A stretch of 32,000 bases of DNA from Candidatus Thorarchaeota archaeon (GTDB taxonomy: Archaea; Asgardarchaeota; Heimdallarchaeia; Hodarchaeales; Hodarchaeaceae), in NCBI GenBank assembly GCA_048882505.1, contig JBHLRO010000010.1:1-32000 (forward strand). Direction: 5' to 3'. Positions within the stretch are counted from its first letter, which is position 1; each line of letters opens with the position of its first letter. The notes below the pieces were generated by a model. It was not told where the DNA came from, made no database searches, and was given only the letters and a program-made list of their open reading frames with translations. Below are positions 1 to 8,447 of the stretch, piece after piece. Both the position numbers and the translations under genes were made by a program.

Positions 1-2600
1 CCCACGGTGATCGAGACAATGTTGGTTTCATCATATTGGGGAGACGGATTGGTTTGGCTGGGGCCCGAATAAGTCGGCGCCGTAGCATCGATTATAGTAA
101 ACGAATCGACGGGAGTCTGATTGACGTTACCAGCAGTATCATTGAACCAGAAGTACCAGTCATAGGTTTGGCCGTATTGTAATAAGCCAGCTGAGAAGGT
201 ATAGCTGCTGGTATCAGTGACATTGACGGTGATGAGGGATCCGCCGTCCACCTGGTAGTGGAGCCAAATGGAGGCCACCCCACTAGCATCTACGGGTTCA
301 CCCACGGTGATCGAGACAATGTTGGTTTCATCATATTGGGGAGACGGATTGGTTTGGCTGGGGCCCGAATAAGTCGGGGCCGTAGCATCGACTACAGAAA
401 AAGAGTTGGTAGGAGTCTGATTGATGTTGCCCGCGGTATCATTGAACCAGAAGTACCAATCATAGATTTGGCCGTATTGCAACATGCTGGCCGTGAAGGT
501 AAAGTTACTGGTATCAGTAACGTTGACCGAGATGAGGGATCCGCCATTCAGTTGATAGTAGAGCCAGATGGAATCTATCCCACTGGCGTCCGCGGGTTCG
601 CCCACGGTGATCGAGACCGTGTTGGCTTCATCGTACTGGGGAGACGGATTAGTTTGAATGAGGTTCGAATATGTTGGAACTGAGGTATCTAAAACAGTAA
701 AAGAATCGATTGGGGTCTGATTCACATTACCAGCGGTATCATTGAACCAGAAGTACCAATCATAGATTTGGCCGTATTGCAACATGCTGGCCGTGAAGGT
801 AAAGTTACTGGTATCAGTAACGTTGACCGAGATGAGGGATCCGCCATCTAGTTGATAGTAGAGCCAGATGGAATCTATCCCACTGGCGTCCGCGGGTTCA
901 CCCACGGTGATCGAGACCGTGTTGGTTTCATCGTACTGGGGGGATGGATTGGTCTGACTGAGGCCCGAATAGCTGGGACTAGTATTATCTAGCACCGTGA
1001 AAGTATTGATGGGAGTTTGGCCTGTGTTGCCAGCAGTGTCATTGAACCAGAAGTACCAATCGTAAGTTTGCCCATATTGCAACATACTAGCCGTGAAGGT
1101 AAAGTTACTGGTATTAGTAACATTGACCGAGATGAGGGATCCGCCATTCAGTTGATAGTAGAGCCAGATGGAATCTACTCCACTGGCATCTACCGATTCA
1201 ATCACAGTAATTGAAACGACATTAGTTCCATTGTATTCGGGGGTGGGATTACTCTGGATGAGCCCAGAATAGCCAGGGACAGTGGTATCTACGACAATGA
1301 AGGATTTATTCCCTGTAAATCCGTAATTTCCGACCGAATCATTAAACCAAAAATACCAAGTGAAATTGAAACCATATTCAAGCATGCTTTCTGAAAAAGT
1401 AAAGTTACCCGTATCTGTGACATTCATAACAACCCATGGATCGCTGTCTTTCTTATAATATAATAAAACGGTATCGACTCCACTAGCATCGCCAGGTTCG
1501 GTTACCGTAATTGATACCGTATTGTTCTCATTGTACTCTGGAGACGAACTAACCTGCGTAGGGCTCGAATAATATGGGGCTGTTGCATCTATAACAATAA
1601 ACGAATTGTTGGGCGTTCTAGCGAAATTTCCAACAAAATCCAGGAACCCGAAGTACCACACAATACTCTGATTAAAGCTCAGGAAGGATTCGGAGAAAGT
1701 ATAATTGCTCGTACTTGTAACATCAATTGGCGTCCATGAAATATTATCTATTGTATAATAAAGCAGGATTACCTCTACGCCACTCGCATCATCAGGTTCA
1801 GTCACTACGACCGAAACGGTATTGTTATCGTCGTACTCTGGAGTTGCGCTGGTCTGATTAACATCCGAAAAGGTTGGTGCAGTGGTATCTCCAACAGTAA
1901 AGGAGCTGTTAACCGTTTGATCCGAGTTACCTTCAGTATCATTGAACCAAAAAAACCATGTATATACCTGTTCATATTCAAGGAAAGCTTCTGAGAAGGT
2001 ATAATTGCTTGTACCTGTAACGTCAATCCACATCCCTGGTCCGCCTTCCCACTCATAGAACAGTAGAATTGCATCCACCCCGCTGGCATCCGAAGGTTCG
2101 GTAACCGTGACGGAAACAGTGTTATTTTCATCATATTCCGGTGCATTACTCGTTTGACTAAGTCCAGTATAATTAGGTGCACTGTGATCCGTTACAGTGA
2201 ATGACATGATTGAACTTTGATAAATATTGGCTGTGGTATCATTAAACCAAAAGTACCAGTCATAACTCTGATTATACTCCAGTATAGCACCTGAGAATGT
2301 ATAATTACTCGAACTGGTTACATTTACGGAAATCCATGAGCTCATGTCAACGCGATAGTAAAGTAAGATGGTGTCGACCTTGCTTCCATTGGTCGGTTCC
2401 TCGATAGTGATTGAAACTGTATTATTCTCATCATACTCAGGAGTGGAACTAGTTTGGTTAAGATTTGAATAGGTAAGGGGTCCATCGTTAATCACAGTGA
2501 AATTCAAGAGGGGAGATTCGTTTTGGAAACCTTCGGTATCGTTAAACCAGAAGTACCAATTCCATAATCCATGTGATAGAATATCCTCAGTGAAGGTGAA
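1..2600 (-). repeat. Coding tandem repeat, 300-bp (100-aa) period, 9 copies of the W-Y-F-W-F-N-D-T-like motif
   Basis: The Trp codon of the motif sits at 158, 458, 758 ... 2558. 1-91 vs 301-391 differ at 1 nt; 433-641 vs 733-941 differ at 4 nt. Confidence 0.95.
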
Positions 2601-5153
2601 ATTTTGACCAGTTGTAACATCAATAGCCTCCCAATTCCCCAAGTTAACGCGGTAGTAGAGCAGCTGAGTATCGTTTGATGGAAAGTTGTCTAGGCCGAAA
2701 TACACGGTTTGATTTTCGCTGTAATGTACCTGTTCCGTTGTTTCATATGCCCAACTGTTATTGAAGCCGCCGTTGAAATGAATGTACTCTTGCGATCCGT
2801 TCGGATTACCCAAACCACCTGTAAGAGTAGTAACTACATACGCATTGATATTGTTAGAGGACTCTGAAATAAAAACAGATGTACTTAATCCACCTCCCCC
2901 ATCTATACCGGCATCGCCCGCTGCTCCACCTCTGCCTCCAGTAATATTAGCTATTGTATCTGGCCCTATTTTATTGTTATCGGAATAATTCAGGTAAATT
3001 CCAGTTCCAATTCCTCCTGTACCGCCCGGTGCAAAATCTCCTCCCGTTCCTCCAACACCACCAGTTATGTTGCCGTGGATATTGTAGCTAAGAACGTTAT
3101 TTCTGGAGTTATTAAGATAAATTCCTGCCGCTATTCCACCTATACCTCCAGAGCCTGAATCCCCACCTCTTCCCCCCTCACCACCAGAAACATTGAATAA
3201 CCGATTATTAGAAATGATATTAGTATCTGAATCTGTGAGATACACCCCCGCACCTATACCTCCATTCTTACCAGATTCAAAATCGCCCCCATTTACGCCC
3301 ATTCCTCCTGTAATATTCAAAAAGTCGTTGCCTGAGACAATACAATCCGAACTTCGGGTCATAAGAATACCAATACCTGGAGATTGAGAGGGACTTCCAA
3401 TGTTTTGTAATGTGTTTGATTGAATCCTAATCCTATTTGAATTATTGACAACGATTCCCGTCCTTCCTCCAATTACAACATTACGAGTGATATTAGTGTT
3501 GGACATATTTTCTAAAACTAAGCCATAATAATTTGAGATTATCGTATTGTTCTCAAAAATGAATTCCTTACTTGAATTAACCCATAATCCTGAAATAATG
3601 GAAGGGAGCGAATATCCAGATCCTTCTAGATGACTCTTCATCATATGAAACGTACTTCCTGTTTTCACCCAGAATCCGTAGTTAAACGACTCATTAAAAG
3701 GAAAAATCGTGGAATTTGCCATAACATTCATCTCTCCTCCATTTAGTACTTCAATGTGTAAATCACCATCATAATCCGATTTTATACCCATAGTTGACCT
3801 AGTTATTGTAATATTCCCTCCTGTTTGAATGGTTAGGTTTCCAATAAGAATTATGCTAGTATTATCGATTATACAATCGCTATCCAAGAGATATGTATCT
3901 CCCAAGATACTATTCTTTACTATCGTGATGTTTGAATCAGTGAGGTTCAATTGTAAACTAATAATCCCTTCCAGCGGGATTGTTGAGTTTAAACTATTGA
4001 CAACTGACGTATTATCTCCATACACCCAATCAATGCGATGAAACGCAGCAGATAGATTAGATAGCCATATGGTCCTGTTTCGACCCAAAAATATATTTGT
4101 TCTTGTATCAACCACTGTTGAACTGCTGATATCAACATTCTGAGTGATAAATGTGATTAAATTACTTCCAGTAACATTATCATCAGAATAAACCGTTGCA
4201 GTTTTGCTCAGCCGCAAAATTTGATCAAAAGATGAATTCATACGTGAGTAATCAAATAAGTTTACGCGATCCAGGAACGAGCTATTTGAGACGAGGGATG
4301 TAGAACCGAGTATTTTAATTTCGTTCAGCTCGGTAGCTTTTGCTATCAGCACTGTTGCATTGTTTAAAGCTTTGAGATAACCTATTCTTGACTCATTAAG
4401 CCGGATTGTGGCATTATCTCTAAGTAAAATGGCTGTTATGTTAGTTCCGGTTCCAGTACAGGCGCTAGTGTTTTCACCTCTGAAAAGTTCCAGATTACTC
4501 CGTGTTGAATTTACAAGTGAGGACGAATTAGCAATAAGTAAAGACGGACCACTTATGGATTTTACGGATGAATTAACAAGGTAAAGCTCGCCATTTCCAA
4601 TTGTTGCAATTCCCCAAGAAGATATAGTACAGTTAAATGTCAGAGTCGTATTAATGAGCCGAAAAACTGATGAATTAACAATGATCGAAGAATTAACAAC
4701 CAAATTTAGATCTTGCCAAACAGTGGTTTCATTTATTACAATATCGTTCCCAGAAACTTCAATTTCCTCTGTCAATCGAGTAATATTAACTTCTGAACTA
4801 TCCGCTGCTGGAACTGTCCGTGGATCGTCCGTTGGAGCCGTTATTATGACCTTTCTCCGGTTTATGCCTGATATCTGGTCATAATTATCTGCTGCTGGAG
4901 GAATATTCGTGTCAATCATTCTCTCCTCCTTCAGAGGTGATTCTGTATTGGAATCACGGTCATCAGTTCCTAGGTCATTAAGTATCGACGAATTTAAATT
5001 GCACAATCTATGTATTTTAATCTCCTGAACGGGAAGTTCATCTTGCTTCCATTGGCTCGAATCCGTAAGATAGATATATCCCACTAGTGGCATTAAAAGA
5101 ACAATACTAAGTAACAATAGGTTTAATATTGGATTGACTTTGGATATGCTCAT
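1..5153 (-). CDS. Giant secreted/cell-surface glycoprotein, C-terminus beyond the window. Signal/TM anchor, right-handed beta-helix region, four Gly-rich ~41-aa repeats, then at least 8 tandem 100-aa Ig-like repeats
   Basis: ATG at 5153 gives MSISKVNPILNLLLLSIVLLMPLVGYIYL. I translated it by hand and found no in-frame stop down to base 1 (frame consistent at 3317, 2558 and 158). The WYFWFNDT-like motif recurs every 300 nt. N-x-S/T sequons are abundant. Confidence 0.9.
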   Translation of the reverse strand, partial: MSISKVNPILNLLLLSIVLLMPLVGYIYLTDSSQWKQDELPVQEIKIHRLCNLNSSILNDLGTDDRDSNTESPLKEERMIDTNIPPAADNYDQISGINRRKVIITAPTDDPRTVPAADSSEVNITRLTEEIEVSGNDIVINETTVWQDLNLVVNSSIIVNSSVFRLINTTLTFNCTISSWGIATIGNGELYLVNSSVKSISGPSLLIANSSSLVNSTRSNLELFRGENTSACTGTGTNITAILLRDNATIRLNESRIGYLKALNNATVLIAKATELNEIKILGSTSLVSNSSFLDRVNLFDYSRMNSSFDQILRLSKTATVYSDDNVTGSNLITFITQNVDISSSTVVDTRTNIFLGRNRTIWLSNLSAAFHRIDWVYGDNTSVVNSLNSTIPLEGIISLQLNLTDSNITIVKNSILGDTYLLDSDCIIDNTSIILIGNLTIQTGGNITITRSTMGIKSDYDGDLHIEVLNGGEMNVMANSTIFPFNESFNYGFWVKTGSTFHMMKSHLEGSGYSLPSIISGLWVNSSKEFIFENNTIISNYYGLVLENMSNTNITRNVVIGGRTGIVVNNSNRIRIQSNTLQNIGSPSQSPGIGILMTRSSDCIVSGNDFLNITGGMGVNGGDFESGKNGGIGAGVYLTDSDTNIISNNRLFNVSGGEGGRGGDSGSGGIGGIAAGIYLNNSRNNVLSYNIHGNITGGVGGTGGDFAPGGTGGIGTGIYLNYSDNNKIGPDTIANITGGRGGAAGDAGIDGGGGLSTSVFISESSNNINAYVVTTLTGGLGNPNGSQEYIHFNGGFNNSWAYETTEQVHYSENQTVYFGLDNFPSNDTQLLYYRVNLGNWEAIDVTTGQNFTFTEDILSHGLWNWYFWFNDTEGFQNESPLLNFTVINDGPLTYSNLNQTSSTPEYDENNTVSITIEEPTNGSKVDTILLYYRVDMSSWISVNVTSSSNYTFSGAILEYNQSYDWYFWFNDTTANIYQSSIMSFTVTDHSAPNYTGLSQTSNAPEYDENNTVSVTVTEPSDASGVDAILLFYEWEGGPGMWIDVTGTSNYTFSEAFLEYEQVYTWFFWFNDTEGNSDQTVNSSFTVGDTTAPTFSDVNQTSATPEYDDNNTVSVVVTEPDDASGVEVILLYYTIDNISWTPIDVTSTSNYTFSESFLSFNQSIVWYFGFLDFVGNFARTPNNSFIVIDATAPYYSSPTQVSSSPEYNENNTVSITVTEPGDASGVDTVLLYYKKDSDPWVVMNVTDTGNFTFSESMLEYGFNFTWYFWFNDSVGNYGFTGNKSFIVVDTTVPGYSGLIQSNPTPEYNGTNVVSITVIESVDASGVDSIWLYYQLNGGSLISVNVTNTSNFTFTASMLQYGQTYDWYFWFNDTAGNTGQTPINTFTVLDNTSPSYSGLSQTNPSPQYDETNTVSITVGEPADASGIDSIWLYYQLDGGSLISVNVTDTSNFTFTASMLQYGQIYDWYFWFNDTAGNVNQTPIDSFTVLDTSVPTYSNLIQTNPSPQYDEANTVSITVGEPADASGIDSIWLYYQLNGGSLISVNVTDTSNFTFTASMLQYGQIYDWYFWFNDTAGNINQTPTNSFSVVDATAPTYSGPSQTNPSPQYDETNIVSITVGEPVDASGVASIWLHYQVDGGSLITVNVTDTSSYTFSAGLLQYGQTYDWYFWFNDTAGNVNQTPVDSFTIIDATAPTYSGPSQTNPSPQYDETNIVSITV
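2830..3317 (-). repeat. Coding repeat, 123-bp (41-aa) period, four units NITGGxGGxGGD...GGIGxGIYLxxSxxNxI
   Basis: Units begin at 3317, 3194, 3071 and 2948 (NITGG, NVSGG, NITGG, NITGG). Confidence 0.9.
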
Positions 5154-5450
5154 TTAACAATCCGTTCCTTCTTTAAAGTCCTTCTTTTTCTAATTGATTG
5201 CGAAAAGTTAGCCAACTTGATGACTGGGGTATCATCACATTCCCCTCTAGCTCAACCAATTGTGCAGCTCATCCTCTTTAACTGTGATAAGGACAGTTTT
5301 AATGAAATTGCGGATAATTTCATGAGGAGACCTTATTAAGGGGACGCATATAGTCTGAATAGGTGGTGGTGCCCTATACAGGTAATATCCTTGAGTTAAA
5401 CTCAAGGAAAAAAGGCCAATCTTGTATGGGGTCTCCATCCGCCTTCAAGA

Positions 5451-6311
5451 TCATGAAGGCATTATATCAAGTGTTGGGAATTGATGGTTCACTCGTACCG
5501 ATATTACCAGGAATGACTGATCTGGTTGCTTGCAACCACTCCACAAAGTCTTGAACCACAGATCGACTTCCTTCTTCGGGATATATTGGGGTAGATCGTG
5601 GTCGTATAGGTACCAATCATTATCGGGCGAACCTGGAGCTGCCATCACGTCTGGATAGTAGCTACTATCCAAGCTGATGTACGTTGGATCAGCTGCTGGA
5701 TCCTTATTTGAATAAGTAATATCAAAGCCTACAGCATGCCATCTGTAGGTATTGCTTGGGGTATAATCGCCCTGTTGCCAGATGATCTTAATTATGCCGA
5801 CTAGGTCTCTGCCGGTTCCATCTCGATCCTTCTGGTAAACTTTGATTTGACTGAATTTGTCGTCTATTTCGAATGGTTCGTAACCGCCCGTTGAATCAAC
5901 CCATAAAATCCATGAGGCAAGATCAGCTTCGGTTAGATGCATGGGTAGATCTTCTGGTACATCAAGGTAGAATTCCATCTTACCTTGTTCGACTTTGAGG
6001 TCGTTCAGCCATTTCTTTTCTGGTATCGGTACGATTTCATCAATTCCCATGGTATTTGGAGAGACGATATCAGTCTGAATCTCTCCATCGACCACTTTCA
6101 TGTCATCTAGAAGATTGCCGTTTATTCCTTGAGGATTGTCCCCCAAACTAGCCTCTGTTGTTTGGTAATCGAACAATGGTCCAATATTCCCACTAACTAG
6201 TTTGGCTGCTCCTATTTTTCCTCCCAAATGGCCGATCACAGCGGCGACAAATATCAGGACTAACAAAACTGCAAGAAATGCAAAGATTTCCTTGAGGGAG
6301 GAATCCTGCAT
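5451..6311 (-). CDS. Uncharacterised single-pass membrane/exported protein with weak pilin-like N-terminus
   Basis: The ORF track starts it at TTG 6368; ATG 6311 gives MQDSSLKEIFAFLAVLLVLIFVAAVIG, one hydrophobic helix followed by an acidic soluble domain. Confidence 0.65.
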   Translation of the reverse strand: MQDSSLKEIFAFLAVLLVLIFVAAVIGHLGGKIGAAKLVSGNIGPLFDYQTTEASLGDNPQGINGNLLDDMKVVDGEIQTDIVSPNTMGIDEIVPIPEKKWLNDLKVEQGKMEFYLDVPEDLPMHLTEADLASWILWVDSTGGYEPFEIDDKFSQIKVYQKDRDGTGRDLVGIIKIIWQQGDYTPSNTYRWHAVGFDITYSNKDPAADPTYISLDSSYYPDVMAAPGSPDNDWYLYDHDLPQYIPKKEVDLWFKTLWSGCKQPDQSFLVISVRVNHQFPTLDIMPS

Positions 6312-7004
6312 ACTCTGCTCTCTATCTATGTCCTGAAGGTTTCCTTGCGTATTCCCTAAATTCGTCAAACGTCGTCACTTAATTTCTTTTTGTTCTTCAT
6401 CGATTTTTTTATTAGCATATGCTCTGAAGAAGGCTTTATTTTTAGAAATTAAGGTTGATTGAGAGTATTGCATATTTCTTCGACAGATTAGGTTTAAACC
6501 TAAAATGTGAATGTGTGATATTTTGCTTTTTCGAATTACTTAACTGTAGGATATGCGACTGTTCCATATTAGGAATAAGATTCCCATAGTTTATTTGCAA
6601 TGGTACCGCGGGGATCCAAGTTCTTCTAAATGAGCAACCACATTATCTACGTGTGATTTATAACTTTTTCTAGTGATTTTACAGGTTATTGAAGGAACCT
6701 TTAATAGGGAAAATTCCCATATTTAAATTTTTCCACGATCAACAATATTCTCCAAGAAGATTTATGCCAATTTAATTGATTTCACGTTAAGCCAAATTAT
6801 CGGATACATTACCAAGTTTACCTTATGTAGGATATTATTTACGATTATCGAAAAGAGGATCATTCGCTGATTCTTAAGTCAACATTCTTAACCTAGTGTG
6901 AGGCCCAAGAATTGAGATAAAAGCTCACAATATGTGAATTAATAATCAAATTCCGTAAATCGTAAAATATTTTGCAAACGGGAATCTCAGGGGTATCTCC
7001 TAAA

Positions 7005-7036
7005 CAAAAAGGTTTAAATAACAGTTTGTGAATAAA
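7005..7036 (+). promoter_or_regulatory. BRE/TATA promoter of hsp20 with overlapping imperfect palindrome
   Basis: AAAAAGG-TTTAAATA at 7006-7020; TTAAATAAC-N5-GTGAATAAA at 7014-7036; SD AGGTGA at 7062-7067 before GTG 7073. Confidence 0.6.
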
Positions 7037-7072
7037 TTCCAGTAGAGATATTTTACAATTTAGGTGAATTAA

Positions 7073-7651
7073 GTGGCACGCAAAAAGAGATTCTTCGATG
7101 ATTTTTGGAATTTCGACCTTAATGAAATCTTTCGATCATTTGATGAAGAAATGGAATCACTAGGAAATTCTAATTTGGCTGAATACCAATCAGGCGAACC
7201 TATTACCTTCGGTTACTCCGTTCGGGTAGGCCCCGACACCAATTACCAACCCGAAGTAAGACAATGGGGGAACTTGAATGATTTTCGTAAGAAACAGGGC
7301 CTTCCGGAATTTCAGGTACCTTTGGACAGATTTTTAAACCGCCCACTCCCTATTGGCGCTGTAGAGTCATCAAATCGGTATGTGGACTTCATTGAAGAGG
7401 GAGGATTCTTACGAATAATTATGGAAGTTCCAGGGTATTCCAAAGATGACCTCTCGATTGATATTGATGAGATGGGTGCAGAAATCACCGTTTCAAGCCT
7501 AAATGATCAAAAACTAAAACAGGTCATTAATTTACCAGTGAAAATCGACCCTAGCTCAACTAAAACCACATTGAAAAATGGAATATTAGAAATCATTGGA
7601 AAAAAGTCAGGGGCTTCCTCCAATAATAAAATCAAGATTCAGATTGATTGA
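7073..7651 (+). CDS. hsp20: Small heat-shock protein (Hsp20/alpha-crystallin family, archaeal type)
   Basis: FFDDFWNFD N-terminus, GYSVRVGPD..PEVRQWGN, MEVPGYSKDDL, TLKNGILEI and a C-terminal IKIQID (IxI) motif. Confidence 0.93.
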   Translation: MARKKRFFDDFWNFDLNEIFRSFDEEMESLGNSNLAEYQSGEPITFGYSVRVGPDTNYQPEVRQWGNLNDFRKKQGLPEFQVPLDRFLNRPLPIGAVESSNRYVDFIEEGGFLRIIMEVPGYSKDDLSIDIDEMGAEITVSSLNDQKLKQVINLPVKIDPSSTKTTLKNGILEIIGKKSGASSNNKIKIQID

Positions 7652-7661
7652 TCTGCACGCA

Positions 7662-7690
7662 GGGCGTTCTCGCCCCCCTCTCCATTTTTT
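7662..7690 (+). terminator. Putative terminator of hsp20 (GGGCG-TTCT-CGCCC hairpin then T6)
   Basis: Starts 11 nt after the stop codon; T6 at 7685-7690. Confidence 0.5.
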
Positions 7691-7779
7691 GCGGAAAGAA
7701 TTGCGTAATGAATTTAATTTATAAATGATTTATTTATAAATGAGACGAGTAGAAAGAGTGCGTATGGACGTGAGTATTG

Positions 7780-8418
7780 ATGGAAGATGTTAATCAAGAA
7801 GTAGATCTGGGGGAGTTTGTTCCAGAGTATTTATCGAGCCTGGAGGAAACGGTCCTTGAGGAGCTTTCAGTTCGAGAAAAAAATTACTCTTTCCGATTTA
7901 ATGGGTTGCGCCGCCTCTTAAAGGACGTTCATCAGCAGAAATTGACGAAAGCTTTGGAGAGACTTCTTGAAGACGGGTATCTGGAACGCTATCCTGACGG
8001 TGGATATGGTCTGGGTAGAGGAAATGAAGCACAGATACGGAAATATTTCAGGAAGCAAGACGAGAATTACTATGACGCCAATCTGGATTCACAAAGGATC
8101 TATCGAGCGGTTTCCCCCGATCACCGTATACCCGTTCAAAAACTAACTCGAAAACTAGCTGGCAAATATTTTGGAGATTATCGTTTTATTGGCCACTATA
8201 TAGCGAACGGAAAAGGGCGATTAGAATGGCTGAATGCGGACATTCACACGCGGATCTTAATTACAACCATTGATTCGTCTCAAATTGAGGTTAGAACAGA
8301 TAATATTCCATCAAACGACCCTAATCTTAAGAAATTGCTATCTATAATTCAACAAGCCCTCTTGGATGACCATATCATCTTGAGTTTTAGGTTTGTACCC
8401 ACTTCTTCCGCAAACTAA
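7780..8418 (+). CDS. Uncharacterised winged helix-turn-helix domain protein
   Basis: FRFNGLRRLLKDVHQQKLTKALERLLEDGYLERYPDGGYGL has wHTH character. The ORF track starts at TTG 7777 and ATG follows at 7780. Confidence 0.65.
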   Translation: MEDVNQEVDLGEFVPEYLSSLEETVLEELSVREKNYSFRFNGLRRLLKDVHQQKLTKALERLLEDGYLERYPDGGYGLGRGNEAQIRKYFRKQDENYYDANLDSQRIYRAVSPDHRIPVQKLTRKLAGKYFGDYRFIGHYIANGKGRLEWLNADIHTRILITTIDSSQIEVRTDNIPSNDPNLKKLLSIIQQALLDDHIILSFRFVPTSSAN

Positions 8419-8447
8419 CCCTTATCCACTCTTGAAGTGGATATACC

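Noticed and set aside
1-2600. Repeat array as CRISPR or a mobile element
   Set aside because: The period is 300 nt and in frame, with no short repeat/unique spacer structure, no cas genes, no terminal inverted repeats and no transposase.
92-4884. Short ORFs in the track (92..289, 258..683, 1017..1214, 1805..2182, 2782..2988, 3193..3387, 3829..4041, 4654..4884)
   Set aside because: All are antisense or off-frame shadows of the giant minus-strand ORF. Their mutual similarity just reflects the 300-bp coding repeat.
5248-5255. TAGCTCAA resembling a tRNA D-arm start
   Set aside because: No acceptor stem, anticodon arm or TTCGA T-loop at the appropriate spacing.
5247-5554. ORFs 5247..5438 (-) and 5363..5554 (+)
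   Set aside because: Short, with no recognisable motifs, and they overlap the palindrome cluster or a better gene.
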